Shown here piece by piece: positions 46,624 through 57,264 of a stretch of 64,000 nucleotides of DNA (positions are counted from its first letter, which is position 1; every line of letters begins with the position of its first letter). Source of the stretch: Babesia bigemina (Eukaryota); assembly GCF_000981445.1 (NCBI RefSeq), contig NC_027216.1, positions 2,170,001-2,234,000 of the forward strand, given 5' to 3'. The notes below the pieces were generated by a model. The model was given only the letters and a program-made list of their open reading frames with translations, was not told the origin of the DNA and did no database searches. The position numbers and the translations under genes were made by a program.

Positions 46624-47866
46624 ATGGCAATCAAAGTGACTATAAAGATTAGCGGCGGCGAGACTTTCGTCGTCGAGGTGGATCAGTCCATTACCGTGCT
46701 GGAGCTGAAGGAGAAGTGCGCCGAGAACGCGGGCGCTACTGCCGATAAGCAGCGCCTAATCTTTAAGGGTAGGAGCGTCCGTACGAACAGACCATCACCT
46801 GTTAGGCCGCATAGTGAAGGACGATGAGACTTTGGAATCTCTCAAGGTTGAGGACGGCAACACCATCCACCTGGTCCGCAGCGGTGTGAAACCAGCCACT
46901 TCCTCTGGCGCTGCTTCAGGAACTCGTTGGTTGTTTTTATCGTGTCATAACATATAGTAGAAGCCGAAGCGCCCAAACCAACCCCTGCGGCTGGTGTGAA
47001 CGCCAATGCAGCTCCCACCGCAGGTGCCTTCCCCTTCGGCCAGGCCAACCCCTTTTCTCCGGACACGATGCAGCAGATGATGCAGGGTAAGCGAGGGTTA
47101 GTTCCGTGTCTAAAAAGTTGCAGGAATGGGTGGTTTCGGTGGTATGGGCGGCATGCCCGGCATGGGTGGAATGGGAGGCATGGGTGGCATGCCCGGCATG
47201 GACGACTTCAACCCGCAGACCGCCGCCGCCCTGCTGAATAACCCCATGGTGCAAGAAATGATGCAACAGATCAGCAACAACCCGCAACTTTTGAAGGAAA
47301 TTTTTGGGAACAACCCACTGTTGCAGCCTATGATGGTTGGTTTGCTACTTTTGTTGTGACCGACTTGTTAACAGCAGCAAAACCCCATGCTCAACCAGAT
47401 GATGAACAACCCCGAGCTTTTGCGCACAATGATGCGCCCAGGGATGCTTCAGGCCGGCCTTCAGCTGCACCAGTCCATGCAGCAACAGCAGCAAGCCGGG
47501 GGTAGTACCGCTGCCCCTGCCGCGGCGTCACCTGGTAGGTTACTCCCCTTAAGTCGTTTTTCGTTGTAACACCTAATTCTTGCGACGGCCTTGAATGACA
47601 CAATCTAATAATTATCTGCAGGCACGGAGAACATGCTTAATCCTCTGATGGGTGGTGGTTTCCCCGGGTTCAACTTCCCGCCGGCGGCCATGCCGACCGA
47701 CACCCGTCCCCCGGAGGAGCGTTACGCCTTCCAGCTGCAGACGCTGCAGGAGATGGGTTTCACCAACCGTGAGGAGAACCTCAGCGTGCTGAACTCCACG
47801 GGCGGCGACATTTCAGCCGCCATTACGCGGCTGCTGGAGGCCAGGGGAAACCCCGCATCCAACTGA
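46624..47866 (+). CDS. DSK2: Ubiquilin/Dsk2 (UBL-STI1-UBA), multi-exon
   Basis: [15 protein letters not shown]...TIHLVRS, STI1 repeats NNPMVQEMM, and [20 protein letters not shown]. Confidence 0.93.
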
Positions 47867-48255
47867 GCATTTCACGAACAACTGGTAAATGGGTATCATT
47901 TTGTCCAATTCGGATTGACAACAATCCGGCTTAAAGAGGTGCCGCGCATAACGCGGACTTTGTGCGCATTCTGAGATGTCCACTCCTGCCAATGAGCAGG
48001 GAGGGATTCCAGTAGCAGACACGGTTCAATTTCACAAAATAGAATGCGATACGTATAATTCATGCCTCTTAGTTATCGTGCTATATAGTGTCTACTGCGA
48101 GGTGCAGATGCCCCTGTTCATTTTCCGGGGGCTCCGCTCGCTGCCCACTGTTTCTGGGCGGCCGCGCATCCAGACATACACTCGCTTGAATGTTTTGTGG
48201 GTGACAGCTCCACCCTGGCCCATAAATTATACTTCCACACATCCACAAATTCCCA

Positions 48256-49500
48256 TCAGTGCCCGTCTCCATTCGAGCTTCTGTTCTTCGTGTTCATTTT
48301 GTATTTGAAGAACTGCCTGATGAACAGGGTAGCGAATGTCCCCGACATCGAAATCCACTGCATTACCGACATGTAGTGGTTAAACATGAAAATGGATATC
48401 AGCGAGCTTGCTACCTTCCTAATCGTCGTGATGAGGGTGGTGTAGAGGCTGCCGTACAACTTCAGGCAAATCACGATGAAGACCTGCCCGATGCTGGCCG
48501 TGAGGGAGAGGAGCGCCAGGTACATCCATATCTGCGGGTTCTGCATGAGCAGCTTGAACGGAGTCGTGCCCTCGAATACGAACACCGCAGCGGTTGCCAT
48601 TGGGAAGCCGAAGAAGTTGAGCGAGAAAAGCAGCATGAAGGGGTGGAGGTCCTTGGTGGCGAGCATCTTGTCCTCGAGCGGCCCGGTGAGACCGTCACAG
48701 AAGAGCGAGAAGAAGCACATGAGCATACCGACAAGCGTGTTTTCTCCGTCCATCCTGCCCTTTGGCTTGAAGTAGTTGAAGCCGAAGACGCAGAGCGTGA
48801 TCACGAAGACAGCTATGTAGTCGTACACAGGATACCTCCTACCGAAAATGAGGAACCCTCCAATCAGAACGGGTATCATTTTGGCGCTTTTGATGACGAT
48901 TTGAGTGGGGATCCCGACATACTTGATTGACGCGAGGGCTGAGAGCATAGACATCACATTCGACGTTGCTGCTAGCATTCCGAGGCACGCCACTTTCTTG
49001 TCAAAATCCTCGAACACACTCTTAGGTCCGTCCGCCGAGTCACCCATCTTCCTGCGCCTCCAGTTCAGCCGCAGCTGCATGGATCCCATGAGCACCGATG
49101 TGGTGACGAGGTTTGTGGTGAAGCAGGTGAAGGCGAGGAAGACCGGGTAGTCGAATTTTTTGTCGCCCATGAGAGGGATGCGCATCATAAGCTCCTGCAG
49201 GTACGAGTATGTGATGTAACATGCGCACACCAGGCCGAATAGCATCACTGCCATTCCGGCATCCTTGACCATTTTGCGGCGCACATCGGCCTTCGTGGCG
49301 CCGTCCTCGATGACGATCCGCATTTTGCCCTTCTTTTCCGAACCTCTGTATCGAGCAGTGTTTGAGTCTAACTGGGCGTCCCCCGCATCGTAGTGGCCGT
49401 CATCTTCATGGCTGGCGTTGCCCCGCGAAACCATCGTGGCTGCCAGTTTCCCCGCGGCCACCGACGGCCCCGAACGCCGACCAGCTCGACCTCCTGCCAT
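48256..49500 (-). CDS. UAA-family nucleotide-sugar/ATP transporter (SLC35B1/HUT1-like)
   Basis: Motifs YSYLQE, PTQIVIKSAKMIPVL, SLFCDGLTGP and ITTIRK; multiple TMs. Confidence 0.9.
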   Translation of the reverse strand: MAGGRAGRRSGPSVAAGKLAATMVSRGNASHEDDGHYDAGDAQLDSNTARYRGSEKKGKMRIVIEDGATKADVRRKMVKDAGMAVMLFGLVCACYITYSYLQELMMRIPLMGDKKFDYPVFLAFTCFTTNLVTTSVLMGSMQLRLNWRRRKMGDSADGPKSVFEDFDKKVACLGMLAATSNVMSMLSALASIKYVGIPTQIVIKSAKMIPVLIGGFLIFGRRYPVYDYIAVFVITLCVFGFNYFKPKGRMDGENTLVGMLMCFFSLFCDGLTGPLEDKMLATKDLHPFMLLFSLNFFGFPMATAAVFVFEGTTPFKLLMQNPQIWMYLALLSLTASIGQVFIVICLKLYGSLYTTLITTIRKVASSLISIFMFNHYMSVMQWISMSGTFATLFIRQFFKYKMNTKNRSSNGDGH

Positions 49501-49953
49501 CGCACCTTTAACCGTTTTTCACCGAGAATAGTAATGTGTATATTGTTAGTCGTATGGCGCTTCGAGCGGTGCGTGCGGTGTGAGGTGGCAACCAAAATAC
49601 GCGGTGAAAAAAATGCGCCACCTCGAGCCTTGAAACAGATTCTGATTTCGTATCTTATTCGACGACAGATTTCGTGATGTGTGCGGTCCTTATCGTAAAA
49701 TGGCCGTGCCGACTGCGGCATAGGTGTTTAGACAACGCCAGCCAATTGCGCCAACTTTCGGGGACTTTGACCCATAGGTCGCCCCTATGATCAAAAAAAG
49801 GCTCCGAGGCGCTTAAATGCATCACTATAATTACCGTAGATCCGTTTTTTAGAGATCCCTAACCGTGTAGAGGGCACATAGGCGTGTTTATCTTTGCACA
49901 CCTTGTTTCACGAAATTGCCATTTGCAACGTAAAAGACACTCTGAAATGGGCC

Positions 49954-50951
49954 ATGGTTAGCACGTGCCCATATTGGCGTGTAATACCGCAACTGTGGAT
50001 ATGCGTCGTCGTATTCCTGTTGCGTAGCCTTCCACTGTGCCAAACGCTCCGCAAGTCACATTCTTCGCGGCCCGTTGCGCCACAAGGACATGGCTTCCTA
50101 TCTTTTGACAGGCTTTGGCGGTCGTTTGACCGGGCAAGGGTGAGTGTTTTCTTGATCTAGGCTAATGCGGGGTAGGTGGAGAGCTACGTACGGGATGTGA
50201 ACCTCCAGCTGCAGCAGCGTCCTGGCATCGAGCGTCTGCTGATTGTGCTTGAGCTCGGAGAACCATTTGCTCGTCACTGCCGCTCTGCCGACGGGGACCG
50301 CCTGCTGTTGGCCAACAGCGACAAGGTGTCGCTGCCCGAGAGCATTTTGACGCAGCTGACTGATACGAATGCAGCAGTGCCATGGCAGTTTGTGATTCAG
50401 AAGGTGCACCGGTGCCAACTTACTAATAAATCGGATGCAAAAGGCGCCAAACTTCCCAGCACGAACAACGACTTCTTTTCCAAGGGTGAGTCTTCCTACA
50501 CTTTGTTGTGATACAAACGCAGAGGACGGCCCCAAGGAACGCCTATCGTGCTCGTCGCTCGAGTTTCGACCGCAGGACAACTTCATTTTCATGCCGCGCT
50601 GGATGATGGAGAGCTTGCAGCTAAAGTGAGTTCGGTAATCTCCGCGTCTAAGCGTTGCGCAGGCCGTACGACGTGGTGCACTTATCGCAACACAAGCTTC
50701 CTGACGCTACTTTCGTGAAACTCGCACCGCTGGAAACGTCGTTCTTCGAGCTGCCTTCACCGAAATCTGTGTTGGAGGAGCATCTGAAGCACTATTCGAC
50801 TCTAACGCGGGGGTCCACCATCCCTATCACGCACAACGGCGTCACCTACCATCTAAGGGTGCTGCGTATCGAGACGGAGGAAATCAAGGATGCGGAATGC
50901 GCTTCTATACAGGACACAGACGTGTCGACAGACTTGGTTCGGTTACCGTGA
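49954..50951 (+). CDS. Ufd1-family protein with bipartite leader (likely apicoplast SELMA Ufd1), multi-exon
   Basis: UT3-domain motifs DKVSLPES, SSLEF...FIFMPRWMMESL, LPDATFVKLAP, PKSVLE..LKHYSTLTRG and SIQDTD. Hydrophobic then basic N-terminal extension. Confidence 0.8.
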
Positions 50952-51080
50952 ATGGCCTATGCGCCCTTGGATCGCCTGCAGACACCGGAAGGCCTATGCA
51001 ACTTGTAGATACACCGGTTACCAAGCGTTCTCATAAAATACAACTTAAATAAAACTCAACATCAACGTAGCTTGTAAAGA

Positions 51081-54000
51081 TTAAAAACTATTGAGAACAA
51101 GGTCCTCTTGTCGGTTTAATTTACAGGCGCCGGCCATGTTGCACAAACAGATAAGGCAGGAGGCTCTCAGGCGTTCCATTGTTATCCTTTTGCGCTTCGG
51201 CGCATCTTCTATATCTTCAAATGTTACAGTGGTGCCACTGTTGCCAGCAGCAGGACGGCTGCCACGAGTGGAATGCACGCCCTGCCACATCGACCCAAGC
51301 TCAGCAGCTCTGTTTATGAGTCTGATCTGGCAGAATTCATGGGCCACGTGACCACAGAAGAAGTATAAGGTCTTGGGTCTATTGGGAAACTGGATGTAAG
51401 TTTCTGTTCCCCAAACTGTGTCCCGAATAACCGCCAACATTTGAGGCGTTATGTTCGGGTTACAGTGAGTTGCGATGTACAAAGAATCACATATTGCACA
51501 TACGTTGCTGCAGCTGATCACCTTACCACTATCTCTACCCATATCGTATGAGCTGCGACCGAAAGCTGCGTTTTTGCAATCACCCGATCCCATTGACTCT
51601 TGTGCAGGCATGCCCTCGATTCGGCAAGGCTGACGCCTTTCATCTGCATCTCCTGCCGCAATGTCATTTGCAACGATGGCAGATTGTGACTTTATCCTGC
51701 CAACGCATTCCGTTTTGGGGACGAGATCATCGCTGCTTTGGCCTCCTGTGCCATGGCCTTCACGCATTGCTCCGTTAGGCACGCACTTTTTGCCGGGGTA
51801 GAATACCATCCCTTTTTTTGCCACGTCAAGCATCTGAGTGGTGTAATGTCCCATACTTATGGTCTGCACAGCGTCCAGGACGTATATTACGTACGCTTTG
51901 TATTTCAAGAACTGCAAGTACAACCCCGTGACCAGATCCTCAGCCATGCCTTTGCCGGAAGTGCGCTCCCACAGTTCTCTCAACATCCGTTGCATCACAA
52001 CCCAGGATGTACTTTCATCCCACATTAGGTGGATCAATGCTAGGAGCCTGCTGTAGACTGTTCCCACAGACTGCCCTTTTGGCTCTTTACCTCCCTTGGT
52101 CATAAAGTCGAAACGCAACGCCAACATGATGCAGTCGTATACCGTATACCACGGTTCACTTGCAAAATACCGCAGGTACGCTTCAGCGAGATAGAGTTCC
52201 TTTTGAACCACAGCTTCGTAATTGCCCCCATCGTCAGGTACCGGTGCTACTGCCCTTGCGATTCGCACCTCGGATAAAATTCGAAGTAAGGTTCCAACAC
52301 CAATGTAATTTTTTGCGACTGAATTTGCGATACCCTTAACGAGTGCGATGATTTCAGATGGCTCTAAAAGGCATGTCAATCTGAAATAGAGGGGGATGTA
52401 TTGGTTGGTGAGCCCATCATTAGCATACAAACCACTAAGGTATCCATATAGGAACTCGGGCTCTGGTGACAGCGTTGTTACAACATTGATGATATATTCC
52501 GGGGTCTTGGACTTCTCTACCAACAGTTGGATCGCCGCAGGCGGGTCTATACGGCACAGCTGCAGTGCTGCGCTCGTGACATACTCCTCTGCATCGGGAT
52601 AGAGCTCACATACAAGTTTTGCCAGGTCCAACGAACTTATACACTGCACATGCGCCATTAATCTAAAAGCCTGTCTGATCTGGTCGGTTTTCGCCAACAA
52701 CACTCCCATGGCAATTGCGGCCGCACGTGCTTTGGGCCCATGGTTCATCAACATAAAACTCTCCAGATTATCGTTTGACACAACAGATACACGCTGAAGC
52801 AGCTCGAAAACCGTGTAACCCTCGCTTTCATGGGGTACGCTGCCGTCCCGTAGTTTGAGGAGTTCGATGTCGACTTTGTTCGTTTCTTCAAGTATGCCGT
52901 CCCAATGGGATCCACTACCGTGTAGTTCTTTCTTTTCCGTACAGCCGTAATCTACTAGGGCATCCACCAATGACCCATTAGGTGTACGTCCCATGTAATT
53001 TAAAGCCTTACGAGCCACATGAACGTCATTTTCACTATTTGAGGGCGTACTTGCCATTGCATTTTCCTTGTAGTCACACATTAAAAATGGCACCCTATCT
53101 ACGAAAAAGTCCATTTTCGAAGTCACGAGATTGAGGCTAGCATTGTGCCTGCCGTTGCTGCGTCTCCATCCACAAGTGCTTCGCATCAACCACTCGCTCC
53201 CATTTGATCGACCGGCTTGTGTTGCATTGCAGATACAGTGTCCCTCTTCGCCAGAACCATTGCATGTACCCGCTGCTACTGACTTGGTGTCAGAAGCCAA
53301 CGCATTAATACACTGTTTCAGCATTTTGACCATTGCCCTCACTTGCTCGACGGTCAGGTTTGCCGTCAACGCCAACCTAAGAAGCACAAATGGCATATCC
53401 GGGCCGACAACGCTAGATACTTCACTCCGAATCAGATCGTAAACCGCGCGGTATTCATCCGTCACGCCTGACATCGCAGGTGGCAAGATGTGACCGAGAA
53501 GGATATTCAGCCTTTTGTGATTTGCGAATTGTCCTACTAACTCCCGAATATGATGAGCTCTTTTGTGGTCATCTGACATCTGTGCGCAGTAGCGGATGTA
53601 CGACAATGTTAGGTGTGCGGTTTTTTCTACGTCCAGACTTTTGGCTGACAAGAAGCATTCCAACCCATTTCTGGCAACATCATGCACATAAGCACCGCAT
53701 TCAGCTCCCGAAGCGCTTCTACTCGACATCTGCATAACTTCTAAAAGTGCCTCGTCATGAGCTCGATGTCTGCATAATTGGCGAATGTGCTGCATTGGTG
53801 TTGCTCCCTTTATGGTCACCAACAACCCTCTGACCACAATGCAAAGACTCTCAAACCTATCTGGGTCACTGAAACAGTGCAAAATGTCACCCTGCATGGT
53901 GCCTAAGTTTACATCAGCAAGGCCCGCTGGACAGCTGCCGCCGCATACCAAGGCCCTGATAGACTTATCGGCATATTTGCGATTTGGATGATCCGCCAGA

Positions 54001-56447
54001 TGCAGGCAGTGTTCTACATTATTGTCATCATGGCAGCAGAAGTTGTTCATGACAAATTGTTGTGCTCGGCAGATTTCCAGTTTTTGTTCCGTAATCCTGC
54101 ACGTCAGTTGCAGAAACCTGCGTTGGCTGAGTCCTCGTCTGCCGTCACCGACCCGTAGGCACTGCATGTATGATTCGTTCAGATACACATCGTTATAGCA
54201 CGGGTCGAAAGCGTTGAAGGCGAAGACAGCCGTGTGGTCACTTCCGACACCGTAGGAGTCAGGTGAGGCGCTTTGGCGGCTGCCATCCTGCGCACGTACA
54301 ATTCGAAATGTGGAACCATTTTCCTCTTGTTTTCCATTATGCATACCTGATCTCATCGACGGGCCGTCCGACTCATATATGACGGAGAATGAGCCTTTAT
54401 ACCGGTGCCGCATAATGGCAACGATGCGGCACGTATCCGGTGCCTTGAGGCTGTACGAAACAGTGCCTCTGAGAGGAACGTTCCGCCAAATCCGTTTCTC
54501 CTTCACTGTTACGTATTGGGAGAAACCATAACCGTCTATTCTAATGGCTGAGTTGCTCACATCCAGAAGGTCGATGCGCCTTGTGGTGACGCTCTTGCGC
54601 CCGAATCCGCCCTTGCACGGGAACGAAGGAATAATGTCTACTACCTGCAGCGAGTTTCTGGAGCCAACTAGAAGCACCCTTTGCGATAACCAACACATTA
54701 CGACACCCAAGGGTTCTCTGTTTTTGAGGTTGAGCATCGCGCTTCTTATACTGATGTTGTGCGTCTTTATTGCACTGCCTAACTTGTATTTTGTTCTGCC
54801 TGTTGACGTGGCGTAGTCAAAGTCCGATGAAGTATCATCTGACGATGGTGTGACGATGTCTGGCATATCCGCTTCCCTCGTATCAGACGACGGTGAGTTT
54901 CTCCGGCTCCTGGTAGCACGCCTGCCGTTAGCGCTCCAACTCACATCGCAGTGCTCTTCATCGTAGGCATAGCCTCTAGGGCCATCTGATAGTATACAGT
55001 GATAAGGTACACTTGAGGGAGATTCAACGTCATCGCCGCTGTATACGTTGAATGCCGACTGCGTTGTCCAATATTCACATCGCCGCATAGCCTTGTTGAC
55101 GTCACTAGCCGTGCCATCACGCGCACTCGGCGTTTTAATACATGTTTCCTCATCATATTGCGCCAATCGGAGCTCATAGGAGTGTTGAGGACTTTTCTGC
55201 AGCATCGTTTCACTTTGGGCGTGAGATGAACTTTGGCTACCACTGGAACGCGTTGGCGTATCACTTTTGCAAAGGTCCTCTTCGGCGCTACGCGAGACGT
55301 AACGGTCAAGCCTCGCGTTGTTCCATCCGTTGCGCCTTACCACGCGCTCAGACTCAGCATCTGAATGGTACGTTGGCGATGCGTCGAATTCCTCCGCATT
55401 GTCCATAGGCTCAGCTTCCTGGTAATCCACATCCGACTCGTCCGACGTAACGTAGTGATCGTCTACGTCTCCTGCATCCTCCAAAATACCGCGATATTCG
55501 TCTGCGATGATTTTTTCGGCTTCGATATCCAGGCGAGGGGAGTGAGGCAGGAAGGCCACAGCGGCACACTCCGACAGCAGCACCACATGTGCCCCGTCGT
55601 CATCCGCTAAAGCAAGCATGTCTCGGTACCACACCATAGGTATCCCACGCCGCGTTCGTCTTGATCTGTGTATGAGTGTGCATGCTCGCTCTGGGCCTTC
55701 AGTGCCTATCTCGTCCAGCCTCAAAAGGTATGTCCCTCCGCTTTGAACTGAAAATATGACCGCCGACTCACTGTACTCCAATTTTCCCAAATGTCGGTGA
55801 CGTTTCTCCTGCCTCCGCATCAGCAGGCGCCTCAAGTCGTACGTTGCCCTTCGTTTGTTAGCGGTGGTGGTAAGAGCCTCTGCAACGGCGAAACATCGTG
55901 CGTCGCTGGGCAAGGAAGAATTACGTCCAAGATGCGAACCATCCTGTATTGATTTGTTTGTTTCCCTGCGCAGCCTTTGCGGGGTGCGGCGTTCCAATGA
56001 ATTCTGCCTAGACCTCAGGTGCAACGTGGGATGGCCATCTGCATGTCGGCGAGGCACCCTGTGGCGCAGCAAAAACTGCGGATGCAGCACCAAAGCCGTC
56101 ACCTCCTGCCCAGTCCTGATCTTGTACACCACATTCGAAGCTGCCACATTGGTGACGCATACCAGATGCACGTAGATGTACCCCAACGAAGTGGCGCAAA
56201 CGACGTAAACTACGTCCCTCAGAAACTTTGCTGGGCACAATCGTACCTTAACTTCGACTATAGCACCATGATAAGAGCATATGCGCTCGCGCCGGTTCCC
56301 GTATATCAGGATGAGGTCGCCATACTGCGTGCCTGTGACAATCACATCGCCGTGAGCCGCCACCGCCGATGTGAACGGATCCAGGTCCGTTATGCTGTCA
56401 TACTGCACAAAAGGTCCTGAATACTCCATAGCAGACCTCTTAGACAT
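51081..56447 (-). CDS. Vps41/Vps8-like HOPS/CORVET subunit (beta-propeller, alpha-solenoid, C-terminal RING-H2)
   Basis: N-terminal VIVTGTQYGDLILI propeller-like strand, a helical repeat region, and C-terminal CAIC...FFCGHVAHEFC...CLIC. Confidence 0.6.
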   Translation of the reverse strand: MSKRSAMEYSGPFVQYDSITDLDPFTSAVAAHGDVIVTGTQYGDLILIYGNRRERICSYHGAIVEVKVRLCPAKFLRDVVYVVCATSLGYIYVHLVCVTNVAASNVVYKIRTGQEVTALVLHPQFLLRHRVPRRHADGHPTLHLRSRQNSLERRTPQRLRRETNKSIQDGSHLGRNSSLPSDARCFAVAEALTTTANKRRATYDLRRLLMRRQEKRHRHLGKLEYSESAVIFSVQSGGTYLLRLDEIGTEGPERACTLIHRSRRTRRGIPMVWYRDMLALADDDGAHVVLLSECAAVAFLPHSPRLDIEAEKIIADEYRGILEDAGDVDDHYVTSDESDVDYQEAEPMDNAEEFDASPTYHSDAESERVVRRNGWNNARLDRYVSRSAEEDLCKSDTPTRSSGSQSSSHAQSETMLQKSPQHSYELRLAQYDEETCIKTPSARDGTASDVNKAMRRCEYWTTQSAFNVYSGDDVESPSSVPYHCILSDGPRGYAYDEEHCDVSWSANGRRATRSRRNSPSSDTREADMPDIVTPSSDDTSSDFDYATSTGRTKYKLGSAIKTHNISIRSAMLNLKNREPLGVVMCWLSQRVLLVGSRNSLQVVDIIPSFPCKGGFGRKSVTTRRIDLLDVSNSAIRIDGYGFSQYVTVKEKRIWRNVPLRGTVSYSLKAPDTCRIVAIMRHRYKGSFSVIYESDGPSMRSGMHNGKQEENGSTFRIVRAQDGSRQSASPDSYGVGSDHTAVFAFNAFDPCYNDVYLNESYMQCLRVGDGRRGLSQRRFLQLTCRITEQKLEICRAQQFVMNNFCCHDDNNVEHCLHLADHPNRKYADKSIRALVCGGSCPAGLADVNLGTMQGDILHCFSDPDRFESLCIVVRGLLVTIKGATPMQHIRQLCRHRAHDEALLEVMQMSSRSASGAECGAYVHDVARNGLECFLSAKSLDVEKTAHLTLSYIRYCAQMSDDHKRAHHIRELVGQFANHKRLNILLGHILPPAMSGVTDEYRAVYDLIRSEVSSVVGPDMPFVLLRLALTANLTVEQVRAMVKMLKQCINALASDTKSVAAGTCNGSGEEGHCICNATQAGRSNGSEWLMRSTCGWRRSNGRHNASLNLVTSKMDFFVDRVPFLMCDYKENAMASTPSNSENDVHVARKALNYMGRTPNGSLVDALVDYGCTEKKELHGSGSHWDGILEETNKVDIELLKLRDGSVPHESEGYTVFELLQRVSVVSNDNLESFMLMNHGPKARAAAIAMGVLLAKTDQIRQAFRLMAHVQCISSLDLAKLVCELYPDAEEYVTSAALQLCRIDPPAAIQLLVEKSKTPEYIINVVTTLSPEPEFLYGYLSGLYANDGLTNQYIPLYFRLTCLLEPSEIIALVKGIANSVAKNYIGVGTLLRILSEVRIARAVAPVPDDGGNYEAVVQKELYLAEAYLRYFASEPWYTVYDCIMLALRFDFMTKGGKEPKGQSVGTVYSRLLALIHLMWDESTSWVVMQRMLRELWERTSGKGMAEDLVTGLYLQFLKYKAYVIYVLDAVQTISMGHYTTQMLDVAKKGMVFYPGKKCVPNGAMREGHGTGGQSSDDLVPKTECVGRIKSQSAIVANDIAAGDADERRQPCRIEGMPAQESMGSGDCKNAAFGRSSYDMGRDSGKVISCSNVCAICDSLYIATHCNPNITPQMLAVIRDTVWGTETYIQFPNRPKTLYFFCGHVAHEFCQIRLINRAAELGSMWQGVHSTRGSRPAAGNSGTTVTFEDIEDAPKRKRITMERLRASCLICLCNMAGACKLNRQEDLVLNSF

Positions 56448-57264
56448 TCAAATGACATTTTGTCGAGTTGTGGACGGTAGTCTGCCGTCTGCCATCCCAA
56501 GTCCTGTATGTTGAAATGCTTTTAAAGGATGCGGGAAGCGCCTTTATATCGTGAATAATGGGCGAGTGTTCCTCGCAGTGATGCCAATTACGCAGTTAGA
56601 ATACTGGCAGAGGCGGCGTCATTTCGACGAACGCCGCAGTGCGTTGATGTGTACGCGGCGCCACGCAAACAGCCGCTGCGGTGACCGGTGATATCACCGC
56701 GTCACTTTGCAGCAGCACAAGCTTTTAGTATATAAGTGCCACCAAACAGGCGACTTGTCGGGGTGTGCGGGATTCTCAGGTGGGTCGCTGATGGCTGTGG
56801 AATCCTGGGAGCAGTCGAGATTCTCTCACGCCAGATGAGCCTGGATTTGAAGGTAATGCGGTAATTATCGCAGCATACGAGTATAAATTTGTTGATGTGT
56901 ATGGAAGGTTGGAGGTTTTGGCATTGGCGATCTGTACGCTCGTGAAGACATGGCTGATGTTGAGAGTATGTCACAAGGGAGCTTTAAAAGCCTTCTGTAA
57001 TCGCTAAAAGAGCTCACATATGACAAGCAGGGTCGTATAACTCGTAGGAGGTTCAAAATGTCCGAAATTTGTTGATCGTGTTGGAAGTCTCTGAGGAGTA
57101 CTGATGGTAAGGGCGTAGACAAGCTGTTCCGCTGCCTGTATGCGGCCATCTGGTATGCTTCTTAAGGCTAAAATAGCACAGACGCCAGGAGATGTACAAT
57201 GTTGGGTCATTAGTTGAATTAAGGCTTATCGCTACCAACATGGTAGATTTAGGGGGAACATAAG

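Noticed and set aside
47126..47200. GGM/PGM nucleotide repeats
   Set aside because: Ordinary low-complexity linker within Dsk2.
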